The notes under the pieces were generated by a model. It ran no database searches and was not told the DNA's origin. It was given only the letters and a program-made list of their open reading frames with translations. Both the position numbers and the translations under genes were made by a program. From an uncultured bacterium (GTDB lineage: Bacteria > Desulfobacterota_D > UBA1144 > Nemesobacterales > UBA2774): a stretch of DNA of 64,000 nucleotides. The stretch covers positions 576,001 to 640,000 of the forward strand of contig CAVPJU010000010.1 in the NCBI GenBank assembly GCA_963705505.1, given 5' to 3'. Position 1 is the stretch's first letter, and each line of letters starts with the position of its first letter. Shown here in pieces: positions 50,104-58,893 of the stretch.

Positions 50104-50146
50104 GATAGGTTAAGATATAAAAATCATTAAGGAGAGGAAAATTTCC

Positions 50147-50755
50147 ATGATAAAGACAACAGTAATTGCAGTTATAGCCATTATCGCGATATTCGTCGCT
50201 TTGAACTTGCTCGACACAGATAGAATAATTCGCGCTGATGACAGCGGCCAGCAGAAAGTGAGCGAAACCGGAACCGGGAACAACGCACAAACAAATAATA
50301 GTGGGGCGGCACAAACCGGCTTTGTAAAGCCCTCTCAAGAGGAGCTTAAAAAGAAGCTCACGCCCCTTCAGTATAAAGTCACACAGGAAAGCGGAACCGA
50401 AAGGCCGTTTAACAACGAATACTGGGATAATCATAAGGATGGAATATACGTCGACATAATCTCGGGTGAGCCGCTTTTCAGCTCCAAGGACAAATTCGAT
50501 TCGGGCACAGGGTGGCCGAGCTTCACGAAACCTCTGGTGGCCGAGAATATCGTCGAAGTGAAGGACAATAGCCTCGTTATAACGAGATTCGAAGTCAGAA
50601 GCAAGGAGGCAGATTCACATCTCGGGCACGTATTCGACGACGGGCCTCCCCCTACGGGACTCAGATACTGTATCAACTCCGCATCGCTCCGCTTTATACC
50701 GAAAGCGAATCTGGAGAAAGAGGGCTACGGGGAGTTCCTGGTTTTATTCCAATAA
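50147..50755 (+). CDS. msrB: Methionine-R-sulfoxide reductase with an N-terminal signal or anchor
   Basis: GTERPF, GTGWPSF, HLGHVF and RYCINS motifs. Confidence 0.95.
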   Translation: MIKTTVIAVIAIIAIFVALNLLDTDRIIRADDSGQQKVSETGTGNNAQTNNSGAAQTGFVKPSQEELKKKLTPLQYKVTQESGTERPFNNEYWDNHKDGIYVDIISGEPLFSSKDKFDSGTGWPSFTKPLVAENIVEVKDNSLVITRFEVRSKEADSHLGHVFDDGPPPTGLRYCINSASLRFIPKANLEKEGYGEFLVLFQ

Positions 50756-50797
50756 GCCTGCATCGCCTGAAGAGGCCAATAATTTAATCGACTACAG

Positions 50798-50845
50798 GGC
50801 TGCTGCCGGTAACGATCTCTTCGTTATAAGCAGCAGCCTTTTTTT
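50798..50845 (+). terminator. Intrinsic terminator after msrB
   Basis: GGCTGCTGC..GCAGCAGCC followed by T7. Confidence 0.8.
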
Positions 50846-50972
50846 ATATTTTGGGGCTCAAGGTACGAAGCCCGGGTAAGTGGTTTTAATTCTTCTCGGG
50901 CGGGACATCGCCGGTCACACAGCCGTCCGTTTTGACTTTTTTCAATCTTAATACTCCGTTAATGCAATCCCT

Positions 50973-51000
50973 AAATCCCTCGTATAAGTTCATTCGTCTA
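50973..51000 (+). promoter_or_regulatory. Putative ECF sigma promoter, copy 4 (DM13-GMC block)
   Basis: AAATCC-N16-CGTCTA; extended identity with copy 2 (TAAATCC..TTCGTCTAACT). Confidence 0.7.
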
Positions 51001-51079
51001 ACTTAGCAAATCCAGAAGAGAGGCATGAGATATAACGAGCTTATGCCTTTTCAAAGCATAAAACGGAGGCTTTAATAAA

Positions 51080-51922
51080 ATGAGAAAGGTCATTATCGCG
51101 TTGGGAGTAATCGTAATTATTATAGCGTGGTACCTGTTCAGGCCGGAGAAGCTGTTCATAAACAAGAGCGTGAATGAAGAATTACCGAGCGCTTCCACGG
51201 AGCAGACTAATTCACCCAGGATCCTAACAGAAGGCAATTTCCACGGTGTAGCCCATGAAACGAAAGGGACTGCGGCAATCTACGAGCTCCCGGACGGGAA
51301 TCGTGTGCTTCGTCTGACAAACTTCGAAACATCAAACGGCCCCGACGTGCATGTCTTCCTGGGAGCCGCTCAGGACGCGAACGACAACGACACCGTTACA
51401 ACCGCCGGATATATAGAGCTCGGCTCGCTCAAGGGCAACGTCGGCGATCAGAACTACGAGATCCCTTCAGAGATAGACCTCGGCAAATACCATTCGGTCA
51501 CGATCTGGTGCAAACGGTTCGGCGTTAACTTCGGCACCGCGCCTCTGACAACTGCTTCCGCATCGGATTCGGGACCGGTCGGGATCTATCAAGGCAGCTT
51601 CCACGGAGTAGCCCATGAAACGAAAGGGACCGCGGCGATCTACGAGCTCCCCGACGGGAATCGGGTGCTTCGCTTGACGGACTTCGAAACCTCGAACGGC
51701 CCCGACGTGCATGTCTTCTTAGGAGCCGCTCAGGACGCGAATGACAACGACACCGTCACCACTGCCGGATATATAGAGCTTGGATCACTCAAGGGCAACG
51801 TCGGCGATCAGAACTACGATATCCCTTTAGAGATAGACCTCGGGAAGTACCACTCGGTCACGATCTGGTGTAAACGGTTCGGCGTTAACTTCGGGACGGC
51901 TCCACTTGTAGCATCTAAATAA
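51080..51922 (+). CDS. Double DM13 domain protein, membrane-anchored
   Basis: Two copies of NGPDVHV..LKGNVGDQNY..IWCKRFGVNFG. Confidence 0.9.
   Translation: MRKVIIALGVIVIIIAWYLFRPEKLFINKSVNEELPSASTEQTNSPRILTEGNFHGVAHETKGTAAIYELPDGNRVLRLTNFETSNGPDVHVFLGAAQDANDNDTVTTAGYIELGSLKGNVGDQNYEIPSEIDLGKYHSVTIWCKRFGVNFGTAPLTTASASDSGPVGIYQGSFHGVAHETKGTAAIYELPDGNRVLRLTDFETSNGPDVHVFLGAAQDANDNDTVTTAGYIELGSLKGNVGDQNYDIPLEIDLGKYHSVTIWCKRFGVNFGTAPLVASK
51239..51907 (+). repeat. Intragenic duplication of about 309 bp, offset 360 bp
   Basis: 51239-51547 versus 51599-51907; 100 of 103 aa identical. Confidence 0.9.
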
Positions 51923-53487
51923 TGGAGGCCATGAAAATGTCATCTGACAAACATTACGACGTAATAATAATAGGGACAGGGGCAGGCGGCGGCACATTGG
52001 CCCACGCCCTCGCTCCCTCGGGCAAGAAAATTCTGCTCCTCGAACGGGGAGGCTACGTGCCGCGCGAGAAGGACAACTGGGACACCCGTGCCGTAAACGT
52101 CGAGGGTAAATACCAGACAAAAGAAATCTGGCACGATAAAGACGGGAAGCCCCTCCATCCGCACACGAACTACTACGTCGGCGGCAATACCAAATTCTAC
52201 GGAGCGGCCCTCTTTCGGCTTCGGAAAGAGGACTTCGGAGAGCTCAGGCATAAGGGCGGCATCTCTCCGTCATGGCCCATCTCATACGAGGAGCTCGAGC
52301 CTTACTACACAAAAGCCGAGCAGCTTTACCATGTGCACGGAAGACGCGGGGAAGACCCGACAGAGCCTCACGCGAGCGCCCCGTATCCCTACCCCCCCGT
52401 ATCCCATGAGCCCAGGATGCAGGAGCTTCATGACGACCTCGAAAGAAGCGGACTAAAGCCATTCCATGTACCCGTAGGGGTCAGGCTCGATGAGAGTAAC
52501 CCCAGGAAGAGTCCTTGCATAAGGTGCAGCACATGCGACGGTCACCCGTGCCTCGTAAACGCAAAGTCGGACGCACAGGTGCTATGTGTAGACCCCGCAC
52601 TCGAGTATGAAAACGTATCGCTCCTTACCAACTCCTATGTATCCCGCCTCGAAACGAGCCCTTCCGGACGGGAGGTATCGAAGGTTATAGTCGAGCGGAA
52701 CGGGAGCAGGGAGGAATATACCGCGGACATAGTCGTCGTATCATGCGGCGCAATCAACTCAGCGGCACTCTTACTCAGGTCGGCGAACGACAAGCATCCC
52801 CGCGGGCTCGCCAACGGCTCGGACGTCGTCGGAAGGCATTATATGGGACACGTCAATTCAATACTGATGGCATTATCGAAGAAGCCCAACCCCACGATAT
52901 TTCAGAAGACGCTCGCCCTTAACGATTACTATTTCGGCTCGGAAGATTACGAATACCCGATGGGCCACATCTCTTTTGTGGGAAAGCTCGATGCGGCTAC
53001 TCTGTCGGCGGGAGCACCCGCCATCGTACCGGGGATGACCCTGGATATTATGGCCAAGCACTCCCTCGATTTCTGGATCACGTCTGAAGACCTGCCTGAC
53101 CCGGAGAACAGGGTCACGCTCGATTCGAACGGGAACATAGTGCTGTCCTATACGCCCAACAACCAGGAGTCGCATAAACACCTGATAGCAAAGCTCAAGA
53201 GCCTCATGAACTCGATCGGCTGTCACGAGGAGCACCTTATACCAAGGAACCTCTTCATCGGACAGCAGATACCGCTTGCGGGCGTCGCACACCAGAACGG
53301 GACAATACGTTTCGGCAAAGACCCGGCGTCATCGGCTCTCGATGAAAACTGCAAGGCGCACGAACTCGAGAACCTCTACGTCGTGGATGCGAGCTTCTTT
53401 CCCTCCTGCGGCGCTGTCAATCCCGCACTCACAATCATGGCGAACGCACTCCGCGTTGGGGATCACATGCTCGGAAGGATGGGATAA
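51922..53487 (+). CDS. GMC family FAD oxidoreductase
   Basis: GTGAGG, VGGNTK, CIRCSTCDGHPC, HQNGT and NPALT motifs. Confidence 0.92.
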   Translation: MEAMKMSSDKHYDVIIIGTGAGGGTLAHALAPSGKKILLLERGGYVPREKDNWDTRAVNVEGKYQTKEIWHDKDGKPLHPHTNYYVGGNTKFYGAALFRLRKEDFGELRHKGGISPSWPISYEELEPYYTKAEQLYHVHGRRGEDPTEPHASAPYPYPPVSHEPRMQELHDDLERSGLKPFHVPVGVRLDESNPRKSPCIRCSTCDGHPCLVNAKSDAQVLCVDPALEYENVSLLTNSYVSRLETSPSGREVSKVIVERNGSREEYTADIVVVSCGAINSAALLLRSANDKHPRGLANGSDVVGRHYMGHVNSILMALSKKPNPTIFQKTLALNDYYFGSEDYEYPMGHISFVGKLDAATLSAGAPAIVPGMTLDIMAKHSLDFWITSEDLPDPENRVTLDSNGNIVLSYTPNNQESHKHLIAKLKSLMNSIGCHEEHLIPRNLFIGQQIPLAGVAHQNGTIRFGKDPASSALDENCKAHELENLYVVDASFFPSCGAVNPALTIMANALRVGDHMLGRMG

Positions 53488-53508
53488 GAACGCAAGGATC
53501 AGAATCCT

Positions 53509-54549
53509 ATGAAAGCTCTCGAAACTACAAAAAGAAAATACTTCCTCGTCTGTCTGATCGTACTAATTTTCACATTTGTCGGCGGAAGAGACGCCTCCGC
53601 CGAAAATAAATCCGCCGCGCAGGCGGTGGATGCTGTGGGAATGACCGTCTCCGATATGGACAGGTCGGTCGATTTCTATACAAATGTGCTTGACTTTAAA
53701 AAGATATCGGACGCCGAAGTGTACGGCGACGACTATGAGCACTTACAAGGTATCTTCGGGCTCAGGATGAGGGTCGTCCGCATGCAGCTCGGGGACGAAA
53801 CCATAGAGCTAACGGAATACTTGACACCGAAAGGGAAGCCTTTCCCGCAGGACACAAGAAGCAACGACCGCTGGTTCCAGCACATCGCAATTGTCGTGAG
53901 CGACATGGATAAGGCGTTCGAGCATCTCAGGCGGAATAAGGTCCGGTACGCCTCTACCGCCCCTCAAACAATCCCTGCCTCGAATAAGGCCGCAGCAGGA
54001 ATAAAAGCCTTTTACTTCAGAGACCCGGACGGGCATTTCCTCGAGATAATTTATTTCCCCGCCGGAAAGGGCAATCCCAAATGGCAGGCAAACCATGATA
54101 AACTCTTTTTAGGCATAGACCATACTGCGATTGTCGTCGGGGATACCGAGGAAAGCCTTAAATTCTACCGGGATGCGCTGGGTATGAAGATAGCGGGTGA
54201 AAGCGTCAATTACGGTACGGAGCAGGAGCACCTTAATAACGTATTCGGCGCAATACTTCGAATAACGGCTTTAAAGCTCCCTTCCGGACCGGGGATAGAG
54301 TTCCTCCAATACCTCGCGCCGGGAGACGGACGTCCCGCGCCCGCGGACGAAAAGGCAAACGACATAATGCACTGGCAGACTACGATAGACGCCGAAGACC
54401 CGGCCGGGCTTGCGGAGAGTTTGAGGGACGACGGTTATTCCGTAATATCTCCGGCAGCTGTGGAGGTCCCGGGCGGGGAGCTGGGATTTAAAAAGGGGTT
54501 TATGGTCAGAGACCCCGACGGTCACGTAATGCAGGTCATCGAAAAATAA
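53509..54549 (+). CDS. Secreted multi-repeat VOC family protein
   Basis: Signal peptide; repeated HIAIVV/HTAIVV and RDPDGH motifs. Confidence 0.88.
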   Translation: MKALETTKRKYFLVCLIVLIFTFVGGRDASAENKSAAQAVDAVGMTVSDMDRSVDFYTNVLDFKKISDAEVYGDDYEHLQGIFGLRMRVVRMQLGDETIELTEYLTPKGKPFPQDTRSNDRWFQHIAIVVSDMDKAFEHLRRNKVRYASTAPQTIPASNKAAAGIKAFYFRDPDGHFLEIIYFPAGKGNPKWQANHDKLFLGIDHTAIVVGDTEESLKFYRDALGMKIAGESVNYGTEQEHLNNVFGAILRITALKLPSGPGIEFLQYLAPGDGRPAPADEKANDIMHWQTTIDAEDPAGLAESLRDDGYSVISPAAVEVPGGELGFKKGFMVRDPDGHVMQVIEK

Positions 54550-54570
54550 AATCCCTTCAAGGAGAAAATA

Positions 54571-55138
54571 ATGGATTCCGGGAGACCGATATTTATACCC
54601 GTAATATTGGGAACGACGAGAAAGGGCCGTATGAGCGAGCACGCGGCAAAATTCATGGCGGGTGAGCTCGCAAAGCAGAAAGATGTAGAGACCGAGATCA
54701 TCGACATACTTGACATCCCCCTCCCGAAATGACGACGCCGGTGAGCAGATAAAGGACGCGGGATTCTCGAAAACCGCAATGAAGGCAGACGCATTTGTTA
54801 TTGTGGCTCCCGAATACAACCACGGCTATCCGGGATTGTTAAAACACGCTCTCGATACGAACCTCAAGGAATATATACATAAAGCCGTAGGCATATGCGG
54901 AGTATCGGCAGGCCCATTCGGCGGCGCGAGGATGATCGAGAACATGCTGCCGGTGATGAGGGAACTCGGGCTTGTATCCATATTCTGGGACGTCAATTTC
55001 TCAAGCGTCCAGAACGCATTCGACGGAACGGGGAAGCTCCTGGATGAGGCATACGTAAGACGCGCGGAAAAATTCATAAAAGAGCTCATATGGATGGCAA
55101 AGGTGCTCAGGTACGGACGCGAGAACGTGGAAATATGA
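54571..55138 (+). CDS. NADPH-dependent FMN reductase, frameshifted near 54727
   Basis: MDSGRPIFIPVILGTTRKGRMS from the ATG at 54571; PEYNHGYPGLLK and GPFGGAR in the +1 frame. Confidence 0.87.
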
Positions 55139-55203
55139 GAACTCAATCAAGGACGTAGCGAATCCCCCCTCAAACCGGGCGGGATTAGAAAGAAGGAGGA
55201 CTT

Positions 55204-55383
55204 ATGCCGAAGAAAAAAATGAAGTGCCCCGCATGCGGAGCGGATATGAATAATCATGCCGAGAAAATCAGTTATGACACGGGCGAAGGGAAATACAAAG
55301 CCGACCCCGAATTCGGAGGGATCGTCGAAGAGGTCCATACATGCCCTAATTGCGGGTACGTTATGCTTAAGAGAGAGGACTAA
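55204..55383 (+). CDS. Small zinc-ribbon protein (two CPxCG motifs), 59 aa, not in the ORF track
   Basis: AGGAGGA RBS; MPKKKMKCPACGADMNNHAEK..EEVHTCPNCGYVMLKRED*. Confidence 0.8.
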   Translation: MPKKKMKCPACGADMNNHAEKISYDTGEGKYKADPEFGGIVEEVHTCPNCGYVMLKRED

Positions 55384-55435
55384 GAGTGAGCAATCGGCTC
55401 ATTAAAGCGATAAACAATATAAGGAGAGGAAGAAA

Positions 55436-55630
55436 ATGTCTGAAGCCAAGAAAACAAAACCCGGAGCGGTCAGCAGGAAATCAAAAAAGAATGAGGATAT
55501 GCTCAGGGATATGATCGCAAGGAAGGCGTATGAAATATACGAGGAGAGGGGAAGAGAAGAAGGGAAAGATTTCGAGCACTGGCTCGAGGCTGAAACCAGG
55601 ATCAAGGCTGAGACTAAAAAAACCAGGTGA
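55436..55630 (+). CDS. DUF2934 domain protein
   Basis: IARKAYEIYEERGREEGKDFEHWLEAE. Confidence 0.9.
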   Translation: MSEAKKTKPGAVSRKSKKNEDMLRDMIARKAYEIYEERGREEGKDFEHWLEAETRIKAETKKTR

Positions 55631-55741
55631 ACCGGACCCGGAAGTAGTCCGATCGGTATCAGTCGGGTAACCGAGGTGAATAATTGCACGAGCGATCGGT
55701 TGAGGACCGGTAATATTTGAATGCAGGGAGGGGGTAAACTT

Positions 55742-56089
55742 ATGAGCGTTCTTAAGATCACACTTTATCCGGTGGATTTTGAAACACCCTTCAGTCTGGG
55801 GGACTGTGTTATGTCGATCGCGCTGCTTTCAAAAGAAAGAGGACTGAGCTATGAGCTCAATTCGTCAGGGGCAGTTATCGAGGGCGATAGTCTATCCATC
55901 CTCGATTTCCTCAAGCAGCTTAAGAACGAGGCCCTGGGGAAGCTTGCGGATAAGGTAGTAATGATCGTGAATTTCATTGATAACGACGAATCGGCCGGGG
56001 ACCTACCCGGGACGGAAACTATATATGCCGGCGGCATACCCCGCCCGAATCCTTCGCTCGAGGAAATGGTTCTCGATATGATCGGGTAA
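55742..56089 (+). CDS. Thiamine-binding (YkoF/MTH1187)-like protein
   Basis: ITLYP..GLSYELNSSGAVIEGD pattern. Confidence 0.6.
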   Translation: MSVLKITLYPVDFETPFSLGDCVMSIALLSKERGLSYELNSSGAVIEGDSLSILDFLKQLKNEALGKLADKVVMIVNFIDNDESAGDLPGTETIYAGGIPRPNPSLEEMVLDMIG

Positions 56090-56136
56090 TAAAAGTCTTT
56101 TAATATATCGACGGTAATCTTCGACAGGAGCAACAA

Positions 56137-58834
56137 ATGACGAAAGAAGAAAAAAGGCTTGATGAGGACAGGGAGAAAAAAGGACACTGGAGGAGATGGG
56201 GGCCTTACTTAAGCGAGAGGCAGTGGGGAACGGTGAGGGAGGACTACAGCCCATACGGGACCGCATGGGATTATTTCTCTCATGAACTCGCCCGCTCGAG
56301 GGCGTACAGATGGGGAGAGGACGGAATCGGGGGTATTTCAGACAACCACCAGAGGCTCTGCTTCGCGTTAGCCCTGTGGAACGGAAAAGACCAGATACTG
56401 AAAGAGAGATTATTCGGACTCACGGGCAGCGAGGGGAACCACGGGGAAGACGTAAAGGAATACTATTTTTATCTGGACAACACACCCGTGCATTCCTACA
56501 TGAAATACCTGTACAAATATCCGCAGGAGGCTTATCCATACTCGGAGCTCGTCGAAGAGAACAGGCGGAGGGGCAAGCACGAGCTCGAATACGAGCTCAT
56601 AAATACGGGCGTGTTTGACGGCAACCGCTATTTCGACGTCTTCATCGAGTATGCGAAGGCATCGCCCGACGATATGCTCATTAAGATAACGGCAGTTAAC
56701 AGGGGCGGGCAAAGGGCTTCGCTCCACATGCTTCCGACGCTCTGGTTCCGCAATACCTGGTCATGGAACGGAGGGCAAAGACCTTCTTTAAGTACAGCGG
56801 GGTCGGATAAAACCCACAAGCTCGTCGAAGCGAATCACCACTCCCTGGGAAAGAGGTGGCTGTATATAGAGGACCCGGACGATCTGCTCTTTACCGAAAA
56901 CGAGACCAATTCGGAAAAGCTTTTCGGGATTAAAAACGCCTCTCCCTATGTCAAGGACAGCATCAACGACTACATCGTGGACGGAAAAAAAGAAGCCGTT
57001 AACCCGGCGGGGACAGGCACGAAAATGTCCGCTCATTACGTGCTGGAGATTCCGGGCGGCGGGACAAAGACAGTGAGGCTCCGCCTGACCGATTCTGGAA
57101 AACTGACCTCACCCTTCGGCGCGGAATTCGATACCGTATTCGAAGACCGGAAGCGGGAGGCCGACGAGTTCTACGCGAACATCAACCCCTTCAACACGAG
57201 TGAGGAAATGAAAGCAGTCCAGAGACAGGCTTTCGCAGGGATGCTGTGGACAAAACAGTTCTATTACTATGTCATAGAGGACTGGCTCAAGGGAGACCCC
57301 AAGCACCCCTCCCCTCCCGGCGAACGAAGGAAGGGCAGGAACCGCGAATGGACGCACCTCTATAACGACGACATACTTTCTATGCCCGACAAATGGGAGT
57401 ACCCGTGGTTTGCAGCCTGGGACCTCGCGTTTCATACGATACCGCTCGCGATGATAGACCCCGAATTCGCCAAGCGTCAGCTCACTCTCCTGACGAGGGA
57501 GTGGTACATGCATCCCAACGGCCAGATACCGGCCTACGAGTGGGCGTTCGGAGACGTGAATCCTCCCGTTCACGCCTGGGCCGCGTGGAGAGTTTACAAT
57601 ATCGAAAAGAAGATGTACGGCAGAAAGGACTTTCGCTTCCTCGAGAGCGTGTTCCAGAAGCTCCTCCTGAATTTCACGTGGTGGGTAAACAGGAAAGACA
57701 GGGAAGGGAGGAACGTATTCGAGGGAGGGTTCCTCGGACTCGACAACATAGGCGTATTCGACAGGAGCGCCCAGCTCCCGACGGGCGGGCATATCGAGCA
57801 GGCGGACTGCACGAGCTGGATGGGGATGTACTGCCTCAATATGCTTGCAATTGCGCTCGAGCTCGCTAAAGAAAATCCGAGCTACGAGGACATAGCCAGC
57901 AAGTTTTACGAGCACTTCCTTTACATAGCGAAAGCCATGAATCTGCTCGGAGGCGATATGGACGGGCTCTGGAATGAAGAAGACGGGTTTTACTATGACG
58001 TGCTCCACCTGCCCTGACGGCAAGCATATCCCAATGAAGGTCCGCTCGATGGTCGGCCTTATCCCGCTCTTCGCTATCCAGACACTCGAGCCTGAAATTC
58101 TGGAGCGACTGAACGGATTTAACAGCAGGCTCTCATGGTTTATAGAGAACCGTCCCGATCTGAAGGAAAATGTCGCCTGCATGAAAACGACGGGTATGAA
58201 TGAGAGAAGGCTGCTCTCGATAGTCGGTAAGGAAAAGCTCACGAGCATACTCAGGAAGATGCTCGATGAAAACGAGTTCTTAAGCCCCTACGGAATCCGG
58301 GCGATCTCGAGGTTCCACAAAGACAACCCCTACAAGTTTAATGTAAACGGCAACGAGTACAGGGTCGATTACGAGCCTGCCGAGTCCACGAGCGGTCTCT
58401 TCGGCGGGAACTCCAACTGGCGCGGTCCGGTCTGGTTCCCTGTCAATTTCCTCATTATAGAATCCTTACAGAAGTTCCACTATTACCTGGGAGACGATTT
58501 TAAGGTCGAGTGTCCGACCGGCTCCGGCAAGTACATGACACTCTGGGAGACCGCGGCTGAGATTTCCCGCAGGCTTACGCGCATATTCATTAAAGACGAA
58601 GAGGGAAGAAGGCCCGTGTTCGGAGGGACAGAGATGTTCCAGACAGACCCGGAATGGAGGGACTATATACCCTTCCACGAATATTTCCACGGGGACAACG
58701 GCGCTGGAGTGGGAGCGAGCCACCAGACCGGCTGGACCGGATTAGTAGCCAAGCTCATTCAGCAAACCGGGGAGTATTCACTGCTGCCGGAAACAGGGAA
58801 GAAAAAGGTGTCCGGACGCTGGGACCACACTTAG
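56137..58834 (+). CDS. MGH1-like/GH63 glucosidase, frameshifted near 58013
   Basis: [33 protein letters not shown]; then GGNSNWRGP and GASHQTGWT in the +1 frame. Confidence 0.9.
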
Positions 58835-58893
58835 ACTCATGATATCCGTTCTCTATTTTTTATTCCCGACAGGGCCGGGAGGTAGACTCGATT

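Noticed and set aside
55655..55676. AGTCGGGTAACCGAG resembles the 3' end of the c-di-GMP riboswitch
   Set aside because: The upstream GGCAAACC/GACGCAAAGCC core is absent
57109..58248. Long antisense ORF (379 aa) and many similar shadow ORFs
   Set aside because: They overlap well-supported genes on the other strand or frame and carry no motifs
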